Shown here one piece after another: positions 50,671-63,104 of a DNA stretch of 64,000 bases. Position 1 is the stretch's first letter. Each line of letters starts with the position of its first letter. The translations under genes were made by a program, and so were the position numbers. This stretch comes from Octopus vulgaris (taxonomy: Eukaryota), in assembly GCA_951406725.2 (NCBI GenBank), contig OX597825.1:61442001-61506000 (forward strand), in the 5' to 3' direction. The notes under the pieces are model-generated. The model was not told the origin of the DNA. It did no database searches and saw nothing but the letters and a program-made list of their open reading frames with translations.

Positions 50671-51800
50671 TTGGGTTGGCAACTAAGTTCCTGCCATGTT
50701 TTAAAATTCAAATTTTCGAAAAGGTTTAATATGAAATAACAACTAATTAATCAATAATGTATTCACCCTTGTTGTTTACAACTTCTTCACAATGTTCAAC
50801 AAGATTTTCAATACCTCATTGGTAGAATTCACCTGATTTTGACTCAAAAAATTAATCCAACCAAGCTCTCAATTCTGCGTCTGTATTGAACAAAACTCCG
50901 TGCATAGCATTTGAAAGAGAAAGAGGTGGAAATCTATTGGTGCCAAATCAGGAGAGTATGGCAGGTGTGGCAGCACTTCCCAGCCATGCGTTTGAATGGC
51001 TTCCTTGGTCATATTGGTGATACGAGGGCAGGAGTTGTCATGCAGCAGAAGAACTCCAAGCTGCCGATTAGGTCTTTTCTCTTGAATAGCCATGTTGAGT
51101 CATTCCATCTGCTGAACATAGAGTTCCACATTGACTGTTTGGTTCCGTTAAAACAATTCATAATGGATAATCCCTTCCCAGTCCCACCATATGCACAACA
51201 TCGGTTTACGTAGATGAAGATCTTGTTTCATGTGTGGTGTCACTTATTTACTGGGGCTAAGCCATACCTTATGCTGCTTCATATTGATGTACAGGCACCA
51301 TTTTTCATCACCAGTAACAATTCGGTAAAGAAATCATTGCTTGTGTCCATGAGTTGAGCAGTGAAGAGCAAGCAAACCAGTAGAGATTGTGGCTCGTTGG
51401 TTTTTGTTGTAGTCACTTAAAGCATATGGAACCCATGCTCCATACTTCTGAACCTTTCCCATCGAATGAAGATGCTTCTCTATAGCAGTGTGGAAGCATT
51501 CCATTTTCTCTGCCAGTTCCCTTGTTGATTGATGAGAATTTTCGTGCAAAAGTTGGTTTAATCACTCTTCATTGAACTCAACTACACGGCCAGAATGAGA
51601 TGCTTCTTTGAGGTCAAAATTTCCATTTTTGAACTTGGTATTCCAATCACAAGTGGTTCTTTCAACTATGGCACCATTACCATATACAGCACAAATGTCA
51701 CAAGCAGCTTTTGTGGCCTTCAAACCTTGGTCAAAACCAAACAGAAGGATGTGTTGGATATGCTCATTATTCTTTTCTTAACTTAACATTCCATTTTAAT
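50671..51800 (-). mobile_element. Decayed mariner transposon (D,D34D type)
   Basis: TA-TTGGGTTGGCAACTAAGT TIR; motifs GAWVPYAL, IVTGDEKW, LHDNSCPR, YSPDLAPIDFHLF; multiple stops; 5' TIR not found. Confidence 0.92.
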
Positions 51801-52125
51801 GATCTGAAACAAAGCAAAAATTAACTAAAATTAACTAGAAAAAAAAAATCAAAATAGATTCCAAAATGATTCAAAAATAGAATTCTCAAAAAAAAAAAAG
51901 ATTCCAAAATTTAAAAACGCAATAAATTCCAAATTTTAAAAAATATTATTAACAGGCCCAGTGTGCACTGCAGTGGGATCAAATTCGTTAACCATTTGAT
52001 TGCAATGTCTATATGTTATCCTTAAAGCTAACCTTGAGTCTCCACCATCTCTTCTCTGTTTATATATGTGTGTGTGTGTCTGCATGTATACATATATGCA
52101 AATACATCTGTATATATAATATACA

Positions 52126-52156
<31 letters not shown>

Positions 52157-52204
52157 ATATATATATATACATATATTATATACAAGATATATAATATAAT
52201 ATAT

Positions 52205-52546
52205 AAAGAGTAAAGACCCCCCCTTCGGTCATGGATGACCATGGGATTCCACCTAGAAAGTTCCCCTCCGAGGCACAAGTCCAGGCAAGGTTGTTTATGG
52301 AAGACCAGCAGTTGCCCATGCATATTGGCCTCCCCTCTCCATGAGACTGATGTTATCCAGAGAAAAGGCAAAGACCGATACAACTTGGCACCAGTGACAT
52401 TGCAGCTCATTTCTACAGCTGAGTTAGCTGGAGCAATGTAAAATAAAGTGTCTTGCTCAAGAACACAACACACAGCCTGGTCAGAGAATTGAACTCACTG
52501 TCCCATTATCTTGAGCCCGATGCTCTAACCACTGAGCCAAGTACCT
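52205..52546 (-). mobile_element. SINE family E (tRNA-like head)
   Basis: Minus strand: TGGCTCAGTGGTTAGAGC...GAGTTCAATTCTC...TTCTTGAGCAAGACACTTTATTT...CTCAGCTGTAGAAATGAG. Confidence 0.8.
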
Positions 52547-53420
52547 TTACAATATGTGTGTGTCTGTGTTTTTGAGAGAGAGAGAGTGTGTGTGAGTGCG
52601 TATGTGTGTATATGTGTGTATATGCCCATATGTATATGTATGTGTGTCTATGAGTGTAATCTATATAATTTGCTCACTCGAAAAATATGTAACTACATAT
52701 ATAATAGTCTGCAAAGATTTCCATTTATTAACATTCTTTTGTATTTATTGCCATTGGTTGTAGATTGTATAAATAATTAGAATGAACCTAATAGACTTAA
52801 CCTTTCTGAAAAGTTACTTGTTCAGTTTTGGGTAGCTTCCAACATAATATACATGATATTATTCAGAGAAAGCTTGTGTTTAATTGTAATGAAACAAACA
52901 ACATTTCAATAATTCGGATGATTGATACTATAAAAGTCAAAAGAATGAATTAATAAAATGATTAAAATTAACAGTAATTATTTGAAATCTTGAGTATTAC
53001 CATTAAAGCAGGGAAAGGTCAAAAGAACATGGCTCTCAGAGTAAGTGCTTTTGGTGTATTCTTGTTCTTCATGAAAGATATATTTTTAAATAAGTTCACA
53101 AAATTTTATATACGTGTGTCAGTTGCGCAATGAATTAGAATGTTATTGCTCTTAGGGATCTTTACCGTTTGACCGACAGATTTAAAAAATAATTTTTTAT
53201 AACTAAATACTTTCAAACTTCGTATACTGGTAGAATGTGTCACATAAAACATCTTTTACTCTTGTTGAGAAAATTCTGTATTTTGGAAGTTATTTCTTGT
53301 TAAAGTTGTAGTATTTAGGTAATTTCAACCAATCAATGGGGTGTATTCAGCTGAATAAAATTACTGCAGTTGTTTGTCAACAACAACTTCTGGCAGCATA
53401 TGTTTTGTTTGTCACTGTTT

Positions 53421-53575
53421 TTAACAAAATTGTCCGACGAACGGGAACGTGAAACTCCGAGTGACAGGTTTTGTTGAATTTCTGCTGCTTTTAAATAAAG
53501 CATATTACTCTACCCCTGGTATTTGAGTACTCTTTTTTTCCACCTTGTTTCACATTTATGTGTTTACTCCGGTGT
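53421..53575 (+). mobile_element. Penelope-like pseudo-LTR fragment, family P2
   Basis: Homologous to 60680-60892; carries an HHR motif; (TA)-rich tract at the 3' end. Confidence 0.65.
53430..53467 (+). ncRNA. Minimal hammerhead motif, U4C variant
   Basis: TTGT-CCGACGA-ACG-GGAA-CGT-GAAA-CTC-C-GAG-TG-ACAG. Confidence 0.55.
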
Positions 53576-54689
53576 ACATAAATATATATAGATATACATA
53601 CGTACATACATATGTTCGTACATATATATATGCACATATATGTATACATAGATATATACACATGCACATATATGCACACAAACACATATGGATATAAATA
53701 TGCTTATTTATGTGCATGTGTTTGTTTACCACTGACGACTGTTGTTGATTTCTTTAAGTCACTGTAACTCAGCAGCTTGACTAAAAGACACCAACAAAAT
53801 ATGCATTAGACAACTTATAATATGAACCAAGGCTGATTTGAATGATTAAACCTTCAAGGCTTTATCAAGCATGGCTGTAGTCCAATGATTCAAAGACATT
53901 TTTGAAAATAAAAAAAAAATTAAATAGCTATTTTGCAACTGTTTTCATTAATAAAAATATTATAACTCAGTCACCATATTAACGAGTTTACATAATGCTG
54001 TTTATTAAAATAACATACAACATGATATTTTGATTATGGAAACTCTGTCTCAATATGATGCAGTCATGATTGCATGATCAAATATTTTCCTGACTGCATG
54101 GTCAAATATTTTCCAACAAATCATTTGGTTGACCAATGTCTTGTAACTTCAATTTAGCAGATGGAAACTGTACACAAGTCTGTCATATTGCTACACAGAC
54201 AAAAGTACAAACAGACAAACGCACAAATAATGCAAACACACACAATAAATTGCAAAGAAACAGGAAATTATGCAAGTAATTATGTTTGCTTACAGCTGTT
54301 TCTGTTGCAAGATGAGGTTCACTCAGATCTGAGTGTTTGTGCATCAGCTTATAGCTTCCTTGGAGTTTCTAAACAAACTTCTAGCATCAAATTATTTGTA
54401 TTGCAATGCCTAAGCAAAGTACTTACACATGCACACACACAGAGGGTGTGATGGGTAAACCATCACCATTTTATGTTTTTAATTTTGCACGTGCACATTG
54501 TTTATCTTTCATTATGTCTACTACACAGTATAGTAGGGTCAGTGGGGCACTGTTTGTGGGAAGATATTTTTGCTGCTTTTTAATAAAGTATATATATGTG
54601 TGTGTGTATGTATATATATATATATTTTTTAATTTTATTTATTTTATCTAGTTTCAGCTCATGAGCTGTGGCCATGCTGGGACACCGCC

Positions 54690-54751
<62 letters not shown>

Positions 54752-54936
54752 GTACTTGGATAGCAAGTGACTTGATCTGAGATGGTGTGCTGAAGCAAAA
54801 ATGGCACAAAGTTTTGTCAATGAACAGATCATAGTTTGAAAGTGACAAACATATTTTCACACAAATTAGATTTAAATGAAACTAACGGTTTTTGTGAGTT
54901 CTTAAATGGCTTACAAGCATCTTCCACACTACAATG

Positions 54937-54969
<33 letters not shown>

Positions 54970-55724
54970 ATATATATATATATGTATGTATGTGTATATA
55001 TGTTTGTGTGTGTGCATGTGTGTGTGTCTATGTGTGTATGTGCATGTATATGTGTGTGTGTAAGTGTGTGTTCTTTTATACTTTTAGCTGTTTCAGTTGT
55101 TGCACTTCCTTAAAGAGATCAGTTGAAGAAATCAGAACTAGTTGCCAGAGTTTAGAGAACAAACACATGCACAATGGTTGTCCACAGAGTTTCTTGCTAC
55201 CAAATTCATTCACAAGACACTGGTCTGTGCAACTGAAATTGAAATCATATGGTCATGAAACAAACTTCTTAAGTGCTCAGCCACGCTTGCATCTATATAA
55301 TACCGAAGTAAATTTCCTATAAAGCATTGTGAAATAGAGATATTACTTTGTTTTTAGAAAACCATTACAATGTATGATAGAAATAAAGAAAAAAAACTTG
55401 TTATCAAATTCAAAGCATCAAAGCAAAATTTATGGTTTGCACTTGTCTCTTATATTTTAATATTTCATCTTTAAAACACCTTTATCAAGTGAGAAAATGA
55501 AGAATGTGTTTATCTCTGATCTGCACACATATAGGTATGCAAGGAAAGAATCTAACCACACACACGGATGCATGCACGCATGCACACACACAAACACACA
55601 CACACACACACACACAGAGTTTGGTAGTGTTATACCACCTAATTAACATAATGCAGCTCTTGTCTGATGTTGATAGACATTTCAAATCTATTTGTTAGAA
55701 GAGTTTTTCTGATATAGTTTTCGT

Positions 55725-56120
55725 AAGAGTGACTCTGTGGTAAGTAGCTTGTTTACCAACTACATGGTTCCGGGTTCGGTCCCACTGTGTGGCACCTTGG
55801 GCAAGTGTCTTCTACTATAGCCTCTGGTCGACAAAAGCCTTGTGAGTGGATTTGGTAGACGTAAACTGAAAGAAGCCTGTCGTATATATGCATATATATA
55901 TGTATGCGTGTATATATGTTTGTGTGTCTGTGTTTGTCCCCCAACTTCGCTTGACAACTGATGCTGGTGTGTTTACATCACCGTAACTTAGCGGTTCAGC
56001 AAAAGAGACCAATAGAATAAGAACTAGGCTTCCAAAGAATAAGTCCTGGGGTCGATATGCTCGACTAAAGGTGATGCTCGAGTATGGCCACAGTCAAATG
56101 ACTGAAACAAGTAAAAGAGT
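55725..56120 (+). mobile_element. SINE A1
   Basis: Head, body and tail motifs. Confidence 0.9.
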
Positions 56121-56384
56121 ATATATGCCTAGTGATATAAAAGAAATAAATAAACAAATTCTCATAGTTCCAATATCCCATTGGATGGCATTGATGGTTA
56201 TGTGATACTTTGGTTATGGCATCCCCTCATATGCTGTTTAATAGAAGAATTATTTGTATGCGTGCATTCTTTAAACATTGTGCTTGAAATAAGAACAACA
56301 TTTATAACAAGCTTTACAGTAGGGGGTCTACATTGGTTAAAGTTAGTCATGTCTTTGCATATGCACAGTATTTTGGGACATATG

Positions 56385-57040
56385 TAAGGAGGTAACCAAA
56401 AGTAACTGGAAATGTTTTCTGTGGGACAAGCCCAATGTAGTTTAGGTTTCTGCTGCTAGAAGCCACTTGATGCAACCCTCAGGCACCAGTTTGCTTCCTG
56501 ATGATCACATGGTGCATCTTTGTTTTGCAGTGCTTCTCCCCTCTTCATAGATTTTTATGATTGCTGAAACAAATGAACAGCTTACTTCCATGATATTCTG
56601 TTTACTGCACGGGGAAACGGTGGCTGAAACAGTTACCATGCTTCAGACAGGTTACAAGGATGCTACCATAAGCAAATCAAAAGTTTACGAGTGGTTTTCA
56701 TGCTTTAGGAATGGTCTCTGGTTGCTTGAGCAAACGTCAACCTCCCGAATGAATGAAAACGTCACGAAAATTTATGAACTGATTTTGGAGGACCATTGCT
56801 AAAAACTTGATGCACTTGTTGATATGACCAGTGTGTCTTGGAGCTCCTGCCAACGACTTTTGGGTGAGAAATTGCGAATGGAAAGAGTTGCAAGGAAATT
56901 TGCGTCTCACTTACTCATAGAAGATCAAATGCAGTCATGACTGAATGAGTGTTGTGAACTGAAAGAACAGTCGGAAGTTGTTCCAGAACTCTTTTGAAAA
57001 GTTATCACTGGTGATAACTGCTGGTACTATGGAACTTACA
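56385..57040 (+). mobile_element. Mariner 5' fragment, decayed
   Basis: EQLTSMIFCLLHGETVAETVTMLQTGYKDATISKSKVYEWFSCFRNG...KVITGD. Confidence 0.85.
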
Positions 57041-57129
57041 GGTAAGGAAGAGGTGAAGAAAGAAGGCATCCTCCTACACCTATCTGTATGTTTGCCTGTC
57101 TGCCTGCCTGTCTCTCTACCTCTCTATAA

Positions 57130-57169
<40 letters not shown>

Positions 57170-57253
57170 ACAATTGAGGGTAAAATTAATTAATCAATTT
57201 CACCAAGTGTTCAGTATGTAAAAGGACCATTTAAGGCGAATTCAAAATATTAC

Positions 57254-57331
57254 ATTATATAATTAGGGCTTAGTAAAATAAATTCAGTATGTGGCAAAGT
57301 AATTTATTTTACTAAGCCCTAATTATATAAT
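57254..57331. repeat. Perfect 31-bp inverted repeat with 16-nt loop
   Basis: ATTATATAATTAGGGCTTAGTAAAATAAATT / AATTTATTTTACTAAGCCCTAATTATATAAT. Confidence 0.95.
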
Positions 57332-58782
57332 ATATATATATATATATATATATGAATAAAAAAATGGAGTTAACGCAGGTGTAATCAAATATTTTTACTT
57401 TCGACACATATATATGAGTGGCATGAATACCTTATCTTCTTTAGTATTATGAAAACAGACGTTAAACGATGATGATGATGATGATGATATATATATATAA
57501 TATGAGTGTATGTGTATATGTGTGTGTGTGTGATGGTGTTGTGGGTGTAGATGTGTGATTGTATCTTTCATTGTACATTGGCAAAAAATACAAGAATCAG
57601 TATGAAAAATATTAAAATGGTACTTTGTAACAAAAATACCTTGCATTAGTTGTTCTGTACGGGTTGTACAGACAATCCTGTATCATCTGCACTATCAGAA
57701 ACTTAGTAAATCAGTAAATGGCAAAATGGAAATCTTTAACACACAATATGATGTAATTTAAAAAAAAACATTCTTAATAGAATAAAATATTTTACATATT
57801 GCATATTGCACCACTAAACCACAAGCATGTTTCTGAAATCAGTTTCTCTCTTAACCTTTTATCCAGGTATATATTTTAACCAAACAACACATATTCTAGT
57901 TTTTAGAAATTGAATGAAAATATTATAGAATTCTTAATGGATTGCAAAAATCTCTAAATCTGGAAGTTGTTTCAGGGGGGGGAAAAAATACAACCAAAAT
58001 CTAAAAACAAAAACAAAAAAAAAATTTCTATGGGTTTGTTAATAAATAGATTATAGAAACATCTATAACTCATCAAACATCTTAATGAAGATAATGAAAC
58101 AAACTTTAAATGGAACCGATGATTGTATATTTGAAGTCAATTATAAGATATTTTGAGTTAAAAATCAATATTTCTTCAAAGAGAATTTTCAATAGAAGCA
58201 TATTGTTTCTGGAGAATGCTTTTGTTGCATTAAGGAATATGTAAGTAACAAATACCAATATTAAGAGATGAAGGAATAAAAGAGCAACAAAATAATAATG
58301 ATAATGATAATAATAAATAATAAAAGAAATTTTGAATTACTACCACAACTGTGAACTTTATATTTATATCAAAGCATGTCAATTAATATTATAAGATATG
58401 GTTTTTGATATTTGATGAGAACTTAGATATAGTTGATGTTTATTTAGAAGATGAATATATTTAAATAATGCATGCTTGTATGAATATGTATTATTATAGA
58501 TATACATAATGGCTCTTATTTTTGTCAATGAGGAAAATTATTTCTGTTCACATCAAATGAATCCAAACCTGTTTAATAAAAGTGATTCATGCCTGTTCTT
58601 AAGTGGCTGGTTTCAGGGATAATTGTTATGCCGGAAGAGCTTTTCAAAAGACATACATTTCGAAAGTTAATAAGGATCAAGTCAGATTTAGCGTAAAATT
58701 TAGTGGAGCTGTTGAGCTTGCTCCAATTAAGGACCAATGATGAAAGTGGATTTGCAAGCAATGAGTGGTTAACATCACTTAC

Positions 58783-58799
58783 CTTACACTGAGGACTAC
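58783..58799 (-). other. Candidate 17-nt microexon
   Basis: Pyrimidine tract ...TTTTCTTCCATTTCCATAATAG|GTAGTCCTCAGTGTAAG|GTAAGT. Confidence 0.35.
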
Positions 58800-60510
58800 C
58801 TATTATGGAAATGGAAGAAAATATTGAAGACGAGATAAATAAGGAATTTCCATTATCATTCATTGCCACATAATATAAATGTCACAAGTTATAATATAAA
58901 TGTCATACTAGCTTGTATATTTTAATTTAATATTCCTTACTTCCCTGGTTATTTGATGAATCAGTTAAGTATTCATAGTTGAAAAATATGTTTACTTAAA
59001 TTTTAGATATTTTACCTAACATTGCAAGATGATATAGCTTTAGATTAATATATATTCAAAAGCTTGTAGTTATTGAGGCTTTGCCTTCTTTGAAATAATC
59101 ATCATCTGATCTAGTGCTGTTCATAAATAGCTTTATCTATCTGAGGTTTCATCTTTCTAAACTTACATATTACTTAACAAGAGGTAAATGAAGAATCTAG
59201 AACTTAACCATTTGGTCTTTCATCTTGTGGAGATCCATTGCAATGATTAGAGAGATAATTTTAATTATGTGTTTCTAGGATTGCTATCTAGAGAGATTCC
59301 TATCAGTAGCAAATATTCCAAGCCACTTGAAGCAGTTCTTTTGGGAAACATAATCAGGCTTTACAAAAGAGAGAAAAAAAATATAAATAAACAGCAAAAA
59401 ACACAACACAAAACATACAAAAAAAAGATAAATGTAGCAACAAAATTTCTCTTTTTAATACTTTTTTTCCTTAAGATGGTGGCTGTAGCTTATTAGATCA
59501 AGGAAAAAACGTCAACTTCTGTGTGTTGCAACATCACGTTATAATTGTATTTAGGTACATTAATCTAAAGGATAGCAGTGTTCCCATTTTGGCAATTGAT
59601 TTCTTTATTGATTTTATATTACTTCAGACATATTAGAGCTGCGAAGAAATATTAATGAGTTAGTTTGTTCCATTTTTCACAAATTATTTTCCACTTAGCA
59701 AATAAATGCAACAGAATGGCGATAAAAATGAAAGATAATCTGTATTCTTGTAAAGAGTGTTTATATACATAATAATGCCACACACTAACATTAACTAACA
59801 ACAAAATAATATTTTTTTTTTTTATATCGAGTAAGCCATAATATGAATTAGTTTATCTGATCTATTACTTTGCTAAAATTGGCAATAATGAGGTTTATCA
59901 AGTACAATATCAGTTAAATGAGGGAAATATTTATGCAGTGCATTGCCTGTTTGAAAATGTTTCAGTTTGTGGAATATATTACTGATTTTAAGAAGCAGTA
60001 ACTACAAGCAGAATATTTAGTTTAGATTTATTTGGATAAGGAAGTAAATTCCATAGAAATGATGTTTGAATAAGGAAAGTAAACAATGTTATCGCGTAGA
60101 AGTTATTGATTTTCAAAAATTGATGGATCAATAGTGGACAAATGTTTCTTCTTATATTTTTGAGCCTATACTTACAAGGCGGATAAACATGTGGATCATT
60201 CTTGGATAGGACAAGACAAAGAAGGAAGATATGACATGTGTCAAACCACATTTACTTAGTAATTTGAATGTTGTAGAGGAATTTCCCCTCTTCTCAGTTA
60301 TGTGGTTCTGGGTTCAGTTCCACAGCACGGCGTTTTGGGCAAGTGGTGTGTCTGCTATAGAACAGGGTTGACCAAAACCATGGGAATGGATTCTGGTAGG
60401 CAGAAACTGAAAGAAATCCATAGTCCGAAGTCAGGATGCCATGATAGATCGTTACCTCCAACACGCATTTTTTTCTCTCGTTGTTTCTCTCCTTGTTTTT
60501 TTTCTGTGTA

Positions 60511-60548
60511 TCTTTCTGTCGAAGAGCGTAGGCTCGAAACGTAAAAGA
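60511..60548 (+). ncRNA. Minimal type I hammerhead motif, A6U variant (intact stems)
   Basis: TCTTT-CTGTCGA-A-GAGC-GTAG-GCTC-GAAAC-GTA-AAAGA. Confidence 0.68.
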
Positions 60549-60636
60549 CTTTTTCTATTCCTGAGCACTATACTAATAAATTTGTTTGTTTGTACTCCAC
60601 CTGCCTTCATCTTTTGTTTATTTTCGTAAACTTTCC

Positions 60637-60680
<44 letters not shown>

Positions 60681-60746
60681 TGGAGTAAACACATAAATGT
60701 GAAACAAGGCAGAAAAAAGAGTACTCAAGCACCAGAGGTAGAGTAA

Positions 60747-60888
60747 TATATTTTATTTAAAGCAGCAGAAATATAACAAAAGCTGTTACTCAGAGTTTCA
60801 CATTCCCGTTAACAAAACTGTCCAATGAACGGGAAGATGAATCTCTGAGTTACAGGTTTTGTTATATTTCTGCTGCTTTAAAATAAAA

Positions 60889-60892
<4 letters not shown>
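60747..60892. repeat. Head-to-head inverted P2 copies (~62-bp arms)
   Basis: ATATTTTATTTAAAGCAGCAGAAATATAACAAAAGCTG...TTCCCGTT is mirrored by AACGGGAA...ATTTCTGCTGCTTTAAAATAAAATAT. Confidence 0.9.
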
Positions 60893-60935
<43 letters not shown>

Positions 60936-61257
60936 GTGTGTGTGTATGTATGTATGTGTGTGTGTGTGTATGTATGTATGCATGTATGAATGTTGTGTGT
61001 GTGTTGTTTTGTGCCTCTTCATTTTGCTATAAGATGATGGATGTAAACATTGCCATTATAAAAATAGAGGCAACTGCTTTCACTCTTGCATGAGAAACAT
61101 GTAAAGTTATAGAAAAATATTCACCTTGCTTGGAAACGTGAGGGTTGATGAAGGGAAAGGCATCTGGTTGTAGAAAATTTACTCAGTGAATCACCTCTGA
61201 CTCATGCAAGCATGGAAAAATGGACATTAAAGCTATGATAAAAATGATTATGGTATA

Positions 61258-62847
61258 CAGTATCTCACAGAAGTATGTACACCCCCTAAAAATTTCAGTA
61301 AAATTGCCATTATTCTGATATTGTCAAAGGAAATCAAACAAAATTTATACTGAATCAAATATATTATACATGCAAACATAGAAATTTGGAACACAAAATA
61401 ATAAACAGTTTCTAAGATATGAATGAAATATTAATTTTCAAACGATACAAAAATAAGCACACCCTAAAGAAAATTTGCTATATTCAATATTTTATCTACT
61501 TTTTTTTACTAAATTCAGATATTGCTGATAATTTCAATTCTAATAAATTATTTCTCCTGGTATTTTTGCACCGGTTATTGTTAATGCATCTGCAGGAATT
61601 CTGATTTGTGTACCGTGGTGAAAATCTTCTTCACTGTGATTAAAATGGCACCAAAGGAAAAGAACTGTCTGAAGATTTGAAGAAAATTATTTTTAATTTA
61701 CACAAGAATTGATTTAGGATACAAGTTAATTAGCAAACGAATACATATTAGCATAAACAGAGTTGCCAAAGTAATTCAGAAATACAAAGCTACTGGACAG
61801 CTAAGCAATAAACATCGTCCAGGCCACACTTCTATTTTAACTGTGCGTGATATTTGTCACATCCAACGTTGCATGATGGATGATAGGCATTGTACTGCTT
61901 CATCTTTGGCCCAAGAAATGTCTTCTGTTAGAGGAAAGAGTCTATTCACCCAAACAGTTCACCAAAGTTTGAACCAGTGTGGTTTTCATAGACCCATACC
62001 TCATAGAAAGCCTCATCTCACTACCAGGCATAAACCAAGTTGCCTTTCTTTTTCTTTTTTTTTATGTGATTAAAATCAACTTGTTTGGTGTCAGATGGTA
62101 TTAAATGAGTATGGTGACAACCATGTGCAGATAATAGACAGATGCACCGTGCCTACCGTGAAATATGGCAGCAGAAGTGTTATACTTTGGGAATGCATGT
62201 GTATGGCTGGTGTGGGAGGACTCACATTTATTGAGAGAACAATAGATTCAAGGCTTTATTGTAACATATTGCAGAAAGCAATGTTGAAAAGCATTAAGGA
62301 ACTAGGAAGACATTCCATGTTCCAATATGATAATGACCCTAGACACACAATGACAGCTAAGTTTTTATCAGATAAAAAGGTAAAGTTATTACCTTGGCCT
62401 ACCATGTCACCTGATTTAAACCCAAGAGAACATCTGTGGGGATTTTTGGAAAGGAAGGTTGAAGAGAAAAAAACCCTGCAATGTAACATAGTTGAAAGAC
62501 ATCATTCAAGATGACTGGAGGTCGATTTCATCGGTTATATGTAGAAATTTTGTCGACTCTATGCCCAGAAGATGTAACGCAGTCATTGAAAGCAAAGGCA
62601 GTCACACCAAATATTGAATATAGCAAATAATCCTTTAGGGTGTATTTATTTTTGTATCATTTGAAAATTAATATTTCCTTCATATCTTTGAAAATGTTTA
62701 TTGTTTGGTGATTCAAATTTGTATAATGTTTGCATGTATAACATATTTTATTCATTATAAATTTCATTTGATTTCCTTTGATATTATCAGAGCAATGGCA
62801 ATTTTAATGAAATTGTTTAGGGGTGTACATACTTCTGTGAGATACTA
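61258..62847 (+). mobile_element. Full-length decayed Tc1 element with ~210-bp IR/DR-type TIRs
   Basis: TIRs 61258-61469 / 62633-62847; transposase pseudogene 61645-62617 (KELSEDLK..., TVKYGSRSVILW, QYDNDPRHT, WPTMSPDLNPREHLW, HTKY*). Confidence 0.95.
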
Positions 62848-63104
62848 TGTGTATGTATGTATGTATGTATGTATGTATGTATGTATGTATGTGTACATGC
62901 CTCTTTATGTGTGTGTCTTAGCATTTGTTTATATTTGTACTCTAGAAAGGTTCTAAGCAATGGGTAATTTAGTCGTTGCCACACTTTCAAAAAATCATCT
63001 ACTTACTTTACTATTTCAAGGTCACGTGATACTTTACTTGCCAAACAGGTAAGGGATAGCAACAAGAAGGGCATCCAACTGTAAAAAAATGTTTCGATAA
63101 TACA

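Larger units (their letters stand above)
60270..61255 (+). mobile_element. Old SINE A2 interrupted by PLE-like fragments P1 (+, 60430-60640) and P2 (60680-60892)
   Basis: A head at 60270-60420; RTE-type tail GCAAGCATGGAAAAATGGACATTAAA at ~61205-61231. Confidence 0.75.

Noticed and set aside
52991-53010. TGAGTATTAC match to the miR-12 5' end
   Set aside because: Only 10 nt match and there is no hairpin. No conserved miRNA was recognised by eye in the window.
58573-58869. 98-aa minus-strand ORF
   Set aside because: No recognisable domain; it runs through a pyrimidine tract and a splice donor, so it is better read as intron plus microexon.
45891-59238. 38-aa spliced micropeptide MDLHKMKDQM-VVLSV-RYHKATF... 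joining 59238-59209, the microexon and the 46020 exon
   Set aside because: It needs the weak donor ATG|GTTAAG although a perfect GTAAGT lies ~40 nt downstream, and the frame match could be chance.
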